Positions 18,726-27,471 of a stretch of 64,000 bases of DNA are shown here, in pieces (position 1 is the first letter of the stretch; each line of letters begins with the position of its first letter). The DNA comes from an uncultured Eubacteriales bacterium (lineage in GTDB: Bacteria; Bacillota; Clostridia; Lachnospirales; Lachnospiraceae), in NCBI GenBank assembly GCA_949292795.1, contig CASFBR010000132.1, positions 21,875 through 85,874 of the forward strand. Direction: 5' to 3'. The notes under the pieces were generated by a model. That model worked only from the letters and a program-made list of their open reading frames with translations, was not told the DNA's origin and did no database searches. A program made the translations under genes and the position numbers.

Positions 18726-19850
18726 ATGAGCAAAGCATTTGGTATTGTTAATTTTTCAAATACACATATTTGGGTAAAGGGACTTCAGGCCTACCGTCCC
18801 ATCGGTGCATTTTCCTTCCTTGGAAGATACCGCATTATCGATTTTCCGATTTCCAACATGAGCAACAGCGATATTGACCACATTCAGGTCTATATCCGCA
18901 GAAAGCCGCGTTCGCTCACAGAACATATCGGTACCGGCCGTCATTATAATATCAACTCCAAACGCGGTAAGCTCCGTATCCTTTATGCCGAGGATGGTAT
19001 TGACAATGAAAATATTTACAATACAGACATCGGAGCCTTCCGTGAGAATATGGAATGTATTGAACGGGCGCCCTATCCCTATGTTGTCATTGCGCCAAGC
19101 TACATGATCTACAAGGTTGATTTTGGTGCCCTGCTGCAAAGCCACATCAATTCCGAAGCAGATATTACACTGCTCTACCATGCCGTTGATAATGCCAATG
19201 AAAGCTTTTTCAACTGCAATACATTAAATCTGAACCGCCAGAAGGGTGTTCTTTCTATTGAACCAAACCGCGGTACAGCAAAGAGCAGAAATATTTTCAT
19301 GGATACTTATGTGATGAAAAAAGAGCTGTTTATCGAACTGATTGAAAAAGCACACAAAATGTCCTCCATGTATACACTGGCGGATATTGTCAACGTGGCA
19401 TGTACGACCGAGGACTATGATGTGCGCGCCATCTCCCACCGCGGATATTTTGCGGCGATCACCGATTTTAAGAGCTATTATGATGCCAATATCGATCTGA
19501 TCGACTACAAGACCGCCCTCAATCTTTTTGATGATGAATGGCCGATCTATACCCGTACCAATGACTCCTGCCCGACACAGTATTTTGATACCGCGGAGGT
19601 TAAAAACTCCATTGTGTCCAATGGCTGTCATATTGAAGGCGTGATCGAAAATTCGGTTATCGGGCGCGGCTGTGTGATCAAGGAAGGTGCGGTTGTGAAA
19701 AACAGCGTCCTGCTTCCAGGCACAGTGATCGGCGAAAATGTCCATGTCGACAGCTTTGTTATCGATAAAGGCGCGCGTCTGATCCATGCCAATGAGTTGA
19801 CCGCAGAGCCTTCCAATCCCGGCTATGTCAAGCGCCAGGATACACTGTAA
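18726..19850 (+). CDS. glgD: ADP-glucose pyrophosphorylase regulatory subunit
   Basis: FLGRYRIIDFPISNMSNS paralog lacking catalytic motifs; adjacent to glgC. Confidence 0.95.
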   Translation: MSKAFGIVNFSNTHIWVKGLQAYRPIGAFSFLGRYRIIDFPISNMSNSDIDHIQVYIRRKPRSLTEHIGTGRHYNINSKRGKLRILYAEDGIDNENIYNTDIGAFRENMECIERAPYPYVVIAPSYMIYKVDFGALLQSHINSEADITLLYHAVDNANESFFNCNTLNLNRQKGVLSIEPNRGTAKSRNIFMDTYVMKKELFIELIEKAHKMSSMYTLADIVNVACTTEDYDVRAISHRGYFAAITDFKSYYDANIDLIDYKTALNLFDDEWPIYTRTNDSCPTQYFDTAEVKNSIVSNGCHIEGVIENSVIGRGCVIKEGAVVKNSVLLPGTVIGENVHVDSFVIDKGARLIHANELTAEPSNPGYVKRQDTL

Positions 19851-19876
19851 AATATAAAGCTGCATTATAAAGCCAA

Positions 19877-19920
19877 ACCATAAAAAATCATCGGGCGCAT
19901 ACCCGATGATTTTTTATGGT
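19877..19920. terminator. Bidirectional terminator between glgD and the HAD gene
   Basis: Perfect 19-bp inverted repeat ACCATAAAAAATCATCGGG / CCCGATGATTTTTTATGGT. Confidence 0.9.
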
Positions 19921-19927
19921 TTAAATG

Positions 19928-20578
19928 CTAAAGCCCGGCCAGAAATTGTCCGTCAATCTCAGAGAAATTATGGATAATGCGGGTCGCGGGGGACAAATCC
20001 TGAGGGCCTGAGCTTAGATTGACGTAGGCAATCACCTTCATTGACGCGCGGCGTGCGGCAAGTACGCCGTTTCCGGAATCTTCGATAACAACGCACTGTG
20101 CCGGCGTACTTTCAAGCGCATTCGCAGCTGCCAGAAAAATGTCCGGCGCCGGTTTGCCGTTTTTCATGTCCTCTCCGCTGACAATTCTGTCAAAATAATT
20201 TTCAAGATGAAGCTGCTGAAGCACTGCCCCGATCAAATCATAGGATGAGGATGAGGCTACGGCTGTTTTTAATCCGCAGTCTTTAACACTTTTTAAGAGC
20301 CGGGGTATACCGGCAATAGGGGAAAGCTCTGCCTGACGGATCAGAGCCATAATGCATTGTTCCCGAAAAGCAACCATCTCTTCCACGCTGGCTGTCATTT
20401 TATAATCCCGCAAAAACCGGCGGTAGCGGTCCATGTTGGTCGTGCCTGCATATTTTTCCACATCCCGGGCGGTCACGGTGACGCCGAAATGTCCGAGGGT
20501 GCGCACATCGGCCTCGTAATGCAGCGGCTGACTGTCAATAAGGACGCCGTCCATATCAAATAATATACTTGTAATCAT
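19928..20578 (-). CDS. HAD-family phosphatase (beta-PGM-like)
   Basis: FDMDGVLID, ASSS, GKPAPDIF, IEDS. Confidence 0.9.
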   Translation of the reverse strand: MITSILFDMDGVLIDSQPLHYEADVRTLGHFGVTVTARDVEKYAGTTNMDRYRRFLRDYKMTASVEEMVAFREQCIMALIRQAELSPIAGIPRLLKSVKDCGLKTAVASSSSYDLIGAVLQQLHLENYFDRIVSGEDMKNGKPAPDIFLAAANALESTPAQCVVIEDSGNGVLAARRASMKVIAYVNLSSGPQDLSPATRIIHNFSEIDGQFLAGL

Positions 20579-20588
20579 TACGATGACA

Positions 20589-22043
20589 TTATGACCGGAG
20601 CTGCCGGAGCATTTCGCAAATATAGTCAAATGTGCGCTTCGTTGAAGAAATGCTTAAGCGTTCCTGCGGCGTATGAATATCCAAAATATCCGGCCCGATG
20701 GAAATCATATCCACATCCGGCATTTTTTCAGAGAAAAGCCCACATTCCAGCCCGGCATGGATCGTGCTGACAACCGGCGCTTTTTTGAACATACGCTGGT
20801 AAGTATCAGCTGCCAGTGTGCGCAGCGGTGAATCCTGCCGGTACGCCCATTCAGGATAATCGCCCCGCCAGTCATAGTCGCCGCCAAGCATCTGTGTCAT
20901 ATATTGAAGCTGGTCATTGATCAGCCATTTGCGTGAACGGACGCTGCTGCGCACTGCCCATGTAAGTGTAATATGATCCGCTTCGGTGCGCACAACCCCG
21001 AGATTCAGAGAGCTTTCCACAAGCCCTGGAAGCTGCGGGCTCATGCTCTGCACACCATAAGGACTGTTAAACAAAAGAAAAATAACGCGCTCTGCCGATG
21101 CGTATGTCAAAGCCTCGCCGCAGAAGCTTCCGCTCTCCTTGGCCAAAATTTCCAGATGGCTGTCCGTGACCTGATATTCGTCCTTAATGGCCGCGGCACA
21201 GTCTTCTATGATCTTTCGTGCTGTTGAAACCTGCTTTGGATCAATGACGACCACAGCCGAGGCTTCCCTGGCAATGGCATTGTCCTTGGCGCCGCCGTCA
21301 ACGCAAACAAGCCCGAACTCCAGCTCTTTGCGAAGCGCAAACAAAAGACGGCCCATGAGCTTGTTGGCATTAGCCCGCCCGGCATGGATTTCTGTGCCGG
21401 AATGTCCGCCTGAAAGGCCGCTGATCTGAAGTGTGACCGCAGTTCCTTCAAACGGCATCTTCGGGGCCGGGAGCTTGGCCTGGCTTTTAAGCCCGCCGGC
21501 ACATCCTGCGGTAATCACGCCCTCCTCCTCGGAATCGATATTAATCAGATATTTTGCATGCAGAATGGAACAGTCCAGATGATCGGCGCCATCCATCCCC
21601 GTCTCCTCTTCTGTTGTAAATACAACCTCCAGCGCCGGATGTACGCATTGATCATCATCCAGGATCGCCAGTGCCATAGCTACGGCAATCCCGTCATCAC
21701 CGCCGAGCGTTGTTCCCTGAGCGTGGATATAATCGCCGTCCACAGCCAGACGCAGGCCGTCCTTTTCAAAATCAAAGGCTACATCAGCGTTTTTTTCGCA
21801 GACCATATCCAGATGGCCCTGCAGAATCACTGCCGGCGCATCCTCCATACCGGGGCTGGCCGGCTTTTTGATAATAATGTTGTTGAGCTCATCCTGCACA
21901 ACGGCAAGCCCGCGTTCCCGGGCAAAAGCCGCACAGTAATCGCTCAACGCTTTTGTATTCCCTGAACCGTGCGGAATCTGACAGATTTCTTCAAAAAAAT
22001 GAAAGACACGGAAAGGTTCAAGCTCTTTTAATACTTCAGACAT
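20589..22043 (-). CDS. pepD: Aminoacyl-histidine dipeptidase (M20)
   Basis: QGHLDMV, TTLGGDDG, EEETG, GGHSG, HAGLECG. Confidence 0.95.
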   Translation of the reverse strand: MSEVLKELEPFRVFHFFEEICQIPHGSGNTKALSDYCAAFARERGLAVVQDELNNIIIKKPASPGMEDAPAVILQGHLDMVCEKNADVAFDFEKDGLRLAVDGDYIHAQGTTLGGDDGIAVAMALAILDDDQCVHPALEVVFTTEEETGMDGADHLDCSILHAKYLINIDSEEEGVITAGCAGGLKSQAKLPAPKMPFEGTAVTLQISGLSGGHSGTEIHAGRANANKLMGRLLFALRKELEFGLVCVDGGAKDNAIAREASAVVVIDPKQVSTARKIIEDCAAAIKDEYQVTDSHLEILAKESGSFCGEALTYASAERVIFLLFNSPYGVQSMSPQLPGLVESSLNLGVVRTEADHITLTWAVRSSVRSRKWLINDQLQYMTQMLGGDYDWRGDYPEWAYRQDSPLRTLAADTYQRMFKKAPVVSTIHAGLECGLFSEKMPDVDMISIGPDILDIHTPQERLSISSTKRTFDYICEMLRQLRS

Positions 22044-22105
22044 AGGTTACCTCCGCTGCGGCCGGCTCTGCTCCGGCCGCTTCTGTATATATAATGTGTA
22101 CCGGC

Positions 22106-23470
22106 TTAATTTTTAAAGCTGTGGATCGGCGCGGGGATACGTCCGCTTCTGCCAATAAATGCGTCACATGAAAACGGGTTGACCGGCATGATTGGCGCAT
22201 AGCCTAAAAGACCGCCAAACTCGGCCACCTCACCGACACCCTTGCCCTGAACCGGGATCAGGCGCACTGCGGTCGTTTTCTGATTGATCATACCAATGGC
22301 CATCTCGTCGGCAATAATACCGGAGATCGTCGTGGCCTTCGTATCTCCGGGAATGGCAATCATATCCAGCCCGACGGAGCAGACGCATGTCATAGCCTCC
22401 AGCTTTTCCAATGTCAGAGCACCGGCATTCACAGCGTCGATCATGCCCTGATCTTCTGAGACCGGGATGAACGCACCGGAAAGGCCGCCGACATAGGATG
22501 ATGCCATGACGCCGCCTTTTTTTACCTGGTCATTTAACAGTGCCAGTGCCGCTGTTGTTCCCGGGGCGCCGACCCGCTCAAGGCCGATCTCCTCAAGAAT
22601 TTCGGCCACGCTGTCGCCGATGGCCGGTGTCGGGGCCAGCGAAAGGTCTACAATACCAAACGGAACATTCAGCCGTTTAGCGGCAGCGGTAGCCACAAGC
22701 TGTCCGACACGGGTCACCTTAAAAGCAGTCTTTTTGATCGTTTCGCACAATGTCTCAAAATCCCTGCCGCGGACCTCTTCTAAAGCGCGCTTAACAACGC
22801 CGGGGCCGCTGACGCCGACATTGATGATCGTATCGCCTTCGGTAACACCGTGAAATGCCCCGGCCATAAACGGATTGTCGTCGGGCGCATTGCAGAATAC
22901 AACAAGCTTGGCACAGCCGCCGGAATCTATATCGGCAGTCAGCCGGGCTGTCTCAAGAATCTTTTCACCAAGAAGCGCGACCGCATCCATATCAATACCG
23001 GTTTTTGTAGACCCAACATTTACAGAGCTGCACACGCGCTCCGTTGTCGCCAGCGTCTTTGGGATCGCTTCGATGAGCAGGCGGTCTGCCGGCGTCATAC
23101 CTTTGGAGACAAGCGCGGAAAAACCGCCAAGGAAGTTGACGCCGACGGTTTTTGCAGCGGCATCCAGCGTCTGGCCGATCTTTACGAAATCATCGGCGCT
23201 TTTGCAGCAGGAAGCCCCTACCAGGGCGATGGGGGTTACGGAAATACGCTTGTTTACGATCGGTATACCGTATTCCAATGAGATTTCCTCGCCGGTTTTA
23301 ACAAGGTCTTTTGCTGCTGTGGTAATCTTTTGATAAATCTTTTCACAAAGACGGTCAACATCGCTGTCGCAGCAGTCCAAAAGACTGATCCCCAACGTGA
23401 TCGTGCGCACATCCAGATTGGATTCCTCGATCATCTTATTGGTTTCCTGTACTTCTAATAAATTAATCAT
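22106..23470 (-). CDS. DUF711/UPF0210 (PFL-like) family protein
   Basis: [40 protein letters not shown]. Confidence 0.92.
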   Translation of the reverse strand: MINLLEVQETNKMIEESNLDVRTITLGISLLDCCDSDVDRLCEKIYQKITTAAKDLVKTGEEISLEYGIPIVNKRISVTPIALVGASCCKSADDFVKIGQTLDAAAKTVGVNFLGGFSALVSKGMTPADRLLIEAIPKTLATTERVCSSVNVGSTKTGIDMDAVALLGEKILETARLTADIDSGGCAKLVVFCNAPDDNPFMAGAFHGVTEGDTIINVGVSGPGVVKRALEEVRGRDFETLCETIKKTAFKVTRVGQLVATAAAKRLNVPFGIVDLSLAPTPAIGDSVAEILEEIGLERVGAPGTTAALALLNDQVKKGGVMASSYVGGLSGAFIPVSEDQGMIDAVNAGALTLEKLEAMTCVCSVGLDMIAIPGDTKATTISGIIADEMAIGMINQKTTAVRLIPVQGKGVGEVAEFGGLLGYAPIMPVNPFSCDAFIGRSGRIPAPIHSFKN

Positions 23471-23524
23471 AGTATTCTCTCCTGTTTGATCGTCACTGCC
23501 TGTCGGAAATACAGTGCAGCGGCA

Positions 23525-23797
23525 TCAGATACGATGCATACTGTTGAAAATATCTTCATGCTGCATTTTCACAGATACGCCGATGTCCTCTCCGAGACGG
23601 GTCAGCTCTGTTGATAAAACCTCAAATGGCTTTGAGGCATTGTTGGCGTCAACGATCATCATCATATTAAAGAACCCCTGAACGATTGTCTGAGATATAT
23701 CCAGCACATTGACCTGATTTTCGGCAAGGTAGGTACATACCTTTGCGATAATGCCTACGGTATCTTTTCCGATCACCGTAATAATTGTTTTTTTCAT
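23525..23797 (-). CDS. ACT-domain protein (UPF0237)
   Basis: ITVIGKDTVGII, LDISQTI, QHEDIFNSMHRI; usual partner of DUF711. Confidence 0.92.
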   Translation of the reverse strand: MKKTIITVIGKDTVGIIAKVCTYLAENQVNVLDISQTIVQGFFNMMMIVDANNASKPFEVLSTELTRLGEDIGVSVKMQHEDIFNSMHRI

Positions 23798-23891
23798 AAT
23801 GAATCCCCTTTCTAAAGCGGTTTTATCAGGACAGCTTTGCCGTATAAAAGCTGTCCCTGCGCCATATTGCCGCTAAAATACGGCATATCCG

Positions 23892-24683
23892 TCACAAAGA
23901 GACAAGTGCCGAGGCGCTGTCTCTTGGAGCTACGAACACATCCGGGCAATCCTGGCGGCTATGACCGCCAAAAGCCTCAAGAAGCACTGTTTCCAGAGCG
24001 AGGTCCGGATAATTGTTTTCCTTGCTCAAATGCCCGAGGATGACATGTTTTAAATGGTCACTATGTAAAAGCGCTATGAGCTTTCCGGTCATTTCATTGC
24101 ACAGATGTCCGCGGCTGCCGAGAATACGCTGTTTAAGCGGGTACGGATATGGCCCGGCCTGAAGCATGCGTATATCATGATTTGCTTCGATATAAAGAAG
24201 GTCCGAATCTCTCAGACAGCTCACGATCGTATCGTCATAGCAGCCGAGATCGGTAACGGTTCCGATCTTTGAACCATGGCTTTCAAATGTATAGCTGACC
24301 GGATCCGCTGCGTCATGAGGGATCGAAAAGGCTTCCGCTTTTATATCGCCGACCAGAAAAGGACGGTCCGGTTCAATGACATAAAAATCACTTTTTGACA
24401 GATCCCCGAGAGATTTTACGTTTTGAAGTGCGCGAAGCGTCTGACAGGTTGCATAAACAGGAATATGAAACTTCCTGGACAGGACACCGATACCGGAAAT
24501 GTGGTCGCTGTGCTCATGGGTCACAAGAATCGCCTGTATATCTTTGCCGTCTACGCCAAAGGACTTAAGCCCTTCAAGAATCTTCTTGCAGCTTACCCCG
24601 GCATCAACGAGTAAATGCGTTGTCTCCGTTCCCACATAAAGGCAGTTGCCGCTGCTCCCGCTGGCGATCGTTCCAAAATACAT
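23892..24683 (-). CDS. Metallo-beta-lactamase fold hydrolase (YycJ/WalJ-like)
   Basis: ASGSSGN, THEHSDH, PHDA, TDLG, EANHD, GHLSKENN. Confidence 0.9.
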   Translation of the reverse strand: MYFGTIASGSSGNCLYVGTETTHLLVDAGVSCKKILEGLKSFGVDGKDIQAILVTHEHSDHISGIGVLSRKFHIPVYATCQTLRALQNVKSLGDLSKSDFYVIEPDRPFLVGDIKAEAFSIPHDAADPVSYTFESHGSKIGTVTDLGCYDDTIVSCLRDSDLLYIEANHDIRMLQAGPYPYPLKQRILGSRGHLCNEMTGKLIALLHSDHLKHVILGHLSKENNYPDLALETVLLEAFGGHSRQDCPDVFVAPRDSASALVSL

Positions 24684-24816
24684 GAAACAGCCACCCTTTC
24701 TAATAATGAATTTTAATCCTCGTTCATTATAATACAAAAAGACCGTTCCCACAAGAAAAAAAGGCAAAAAAGAAACCGGATACATATGCGATCCGGTTTC
24801 TTTTAACTGACGGGTA

Positions 24817-26286
24817 TTAATAATTGTATGTATAAAATACAATATCGCCGATTGTCACGGTCGTGCTGGCATCAGACGGCGCATAATTGTTAAAGAACAA
24901 CAGATCGCCGATGTTATTATTGCCTGCCAGGGCGTCATTGGCCGCCTGGACACATGACGAGGACGGGCCGTTTGCCAGTGCATTGGCTAACATTCCGCTG
25001 TAAACAGGGCCAAACTGATTGGTCTGGTAAATGACCTCGCTGATTGTATTGGGGAAGAGCGGGCTCTTCACACGGTTTAATACAATATTTGCAACGGCAA
25101 GCTGGCCTTCATAGGACTGGTTGCCAGCCTCGCAGTACACAAGACAGGCCAGCAGATAAGCGTCATCTGAAGTGGAACCTGTTGAGGGCGCCTGCGTTTC
25201 AGGAGCCTGTGTCTGCGGTGCCTGTGTTTCAGGAGCCTGCGTCTGTGGAGCCTGTGTTTCGGGAGCGTCTGTCTCCTGAGTCTGAGGAGCCTGCGTCTGC
25301 GGCTGTTTGGACTCTGTCTGCTGTGTCTGAGACGCTGTGCTCTGTGTTTCATCCGTCTCTGTCTGGAGACTGTCTGTCACATCCTGAGACATATCTGCGG
25401 CATCTTTATCTTTCTGAGCCTTTTCCTCCTCAGGGGTCACCGCCTCGTCCAGCTGGTTTTCAACATCAACGCAGTCTGCGTAAACGTATCCATAGTAAAT
25501 ATCGTCCAGGTGGATACGATACCACTGCCCGCCTTCGGCATCAGCAATAGGCGTTGTGATTTCTTCGTAGGAAGGCTTTTCCTCATCTTCCTGCTGTGTA
25601 TCCTGACCGGTGGCGGCGGTATCCGTGTCGCTATCGACGGTATCTGTGTCGCTGGTGGCTTCCGTGTCGCTGCCGGTGGTTTCTTCAGTCAGCTCCCCCT
25701 CCGAAATCCGGCGTATTTCGCCGGTGGTCTCATCATATTCACTTCCCTCAGGAACAATCCGATAGGTTTCGTCTTTTTTTCCGGATGAGACAACTTCTGA
25801 ATAAAAATCAGGGCCGCTTCGGATGTTCAGATTGTCCACGGTAACCTTGACAACCTGCTTGCCAATGTCCTGAGCCAGCGCCCGGGCTTCTTCACCGAAA
25901 GCCACATCCGCGGTCAGAACATAACCGGTAACCTCGCCGGACGTGATTTTTGTCCACTGGTCACCCTTCTCGACAACCTCTCCGTAAGAGCCGGGGTATA
26001 GCTTCCCGACAACCTCACTGGCTGCGTCGCTGTCCTGATAGACCGCGAGATACGGCGCATAGTCGCTGACAACAAGACGCTCATCAGACGCTGTCTTCAG
26101 CGCTTCCTGGGCCGAATCCATAACCAGAGACAGCACATCGGTATTGTAATCAAACAATGCAGACGATGCTGTATCTGCAGGCTGCGCAGCAAAGCCGGTA
26201 CCAACAATACACCCTGCGCACAGCGCGGCGGTGATCACTGAGGCGACAGCTTTAGCGATTGCCTTTTTAAAAGTTTTGCCTACCAT
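24817..26286 (-). CDS. Secreted cell wall hydrolase (SH3 domains plus SleB/Hydrolase_2 domain)
   Basis: Signal-like N terminus, SH3b-like segments, QAPET linker repeats, C-terminal LACLVYCEAG...VANIVLNRV...VIYQTNQF. Confidence 0.88.
   Translation of the reverse strand: MVGKTFKKAIAKAVASVITAALCAGCIVGTGFAAQPADTASSALFDYNTDVLSLVMDSAQEALKTASDERLVVSDYAPYLAVYQDSDAASEVVGKLYPGSYGEVVEKGDQWTKITSGEVTGYVLTADVAFGEEARALAQDIGKQVVKVTVDNLNIRSGPDFYSEVVSSGKKDETYRIVPEGSEYDETTGEIRRISEGELTEETTGSDTEATSDTDTVDSDTDTAATGQDTQQEDEEKPSYEEITTPIADAEGGQWYRIHLDDIYYGYVYADCVDVENQLDEAVTPEEEKAQKDKDAADMSQDVTDSLQTETDETQSTASQTQQTESKQPQTQAPQTQETDAPETQAPQTQAPETQAPQTQAPETQAPSTGSTSDDAYLLACLVYCEAGNQSYEGQLAVANIVLNRVKSPLFPNTISEVIYQTNQFGPVYSGMLANALANGPSSSCVQAANDALAGNNNIGDLLFFNNYAPSDASTTVTIGDIVFYTYNY
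25190..25302 (-). repeat. 15-bp coding repeat (TQAPE/TQAPQ linker)
   Basis: About 6-7 imperfect GCCTG(T/C)GT.T..GG(A/T) units within the hydrolase gene. Confidence 0.8.
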
Positions 26287-26601
26287 AATTTCACCTCTTT
26301 TATTGATTTACATAATTTGTATATAATAATTAATTAAATATTACTAATTATTACATACATATTACGATTACATATTGTATCAAAAACCCCGCCGATTGTC
26401 AAATAGTTTATTAGAAAGCGCTGTTTTTAGCTTTCTGAAGGGATTTACATAACTAATAAACATTGATTTTACGCAAAATTTTGGGAAAATCCCCCACCAA
26501 TTCATATTTTTGTAATAAATAAAACTCAAAATTCGGTGCCTTAAAACAAAATTAGACAATATTGACATCAGGCTGCCAAGAAAATATTACGCAGTTATTA
26601 C

Positions 26602-26800
26602 AAAATCCGCGCGCAGGATTCTTTGCCTGCGGCGGGTCGCATAAGCGACATCTTCGCCTTCGCCGCAGTGCGATCCTAAGCGTAGCTTTTTTTATTTGCG
26701 CAGGAACGCAGCTTCCTGTGCAAATAACACCGTTTCCTGTGCAAATAAAAAATACTCCCGCCAAGGCAGGAGCGTTTTAATCACCCGGCGGGAGTATTTT
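26602..26800. repeat. Composite palindromic intergenic element and coaE terminator
   Basis: Nested hairpin CTGCGGCG/CGCCGCAG with GTCGC-ATAA-GCGAC; duplicated TTCCTGTGCAAATAA; 14-bp stem AAAATACTCCCGCC/GGCGGGAGTATTTT. Confidence 0.75.
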
Positions 26801-26854
26801 ATCATAGTGTGTATTTTATCACCGTGCGTATTTTATCGCACGTTATTGGACTTG

Positions 26855-27457
26855 TTATTCAGGCTGTGCGTACAGATGGTGCATTGCAGCGGCGATTTCT
26901 TTTTCCAGTGCTTCGACGGTACTGTTATTTTCAATAACCCTGTCGCTGTTTTTAATAAATTCTTCGTCGCTGAGCTGATTTTTCATAAGGGCATCAATTT
27001 TTTCGTCGCTGTAATTGCGGGTTTGCTTCAAACGCTCACGGCGCACCCGGGCACTGGTGCGGACAAACCAGAACTCATCGCAAAGCCCGCGGTAACCGCA
27101 TTCCACGAGCAGGGCCGCCTCCAGAACAACTACCGGGCAGCGGCTTTGAAGAATCAGCTGTTCGATCCTGCGGCGCACTGCCGGATGCACAATATCGTTT
27201 AGCTTTTTAAGCTGCTGTGTATCGTTAAAAACAATGGATGCCAGCGCCTGCCGGTTAATCGTTTGATCCGGGCATAAAATACCGGAGCCAAAGACGTTTA
27301 CGATCTGCTCGTAGGGCGCTTGGCCAGGCTGCTGAAGCGCGCGGGCGACCTCATCGGCCATGATGATCTGAGCGTTATAGCTTTTCTCCATAATTTTCAG
27401 TACTTCGGATTTACCGCTGCCGGCGCCTCCGATCACACCGATCACTTTTTTTGACAT
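26855..27457 (-). CDS. coaE: Dephospho-CoA kinase
   Basis: GGAGSGKS P-loop, LNDIVHPAV, EAALL. Confidence 0.95.
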   Translation of the reverse strand: MSKKVIGVIGGAGSGKSEVLKIMEKSYNAQIIMADEVARALQQPGQAPYEQIVNVFGSGILCPDQTINRQALASIVFNDTQQLKKLNDIVHPAVRRRIEQLILQSRCPVVVLEAALLVECGYRGLCDEFWFVRTSARVRRERLKQTRNYSDEKIDALMKNQLSDEEFIKNSDRVIENNSTVEALEKEIAAAMHHLYAQPE

Positions 27458-27471
27458 CGCAACCTCCCATA

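Noticed and set aside
26380-26570. c-di-AMP (ydaO) riboswitch upstream of the cell wall hydrolase
   Set aside because: Conserved GCTGAATC and GGAGGAACC elements are not present
26552-27202. ORFs 26552-26764, 26562-26780 and 26696-27202
   Set aside because: They are translations of the palindromic repeat cassette or antisense to coaE, with no RBS or protein motifs
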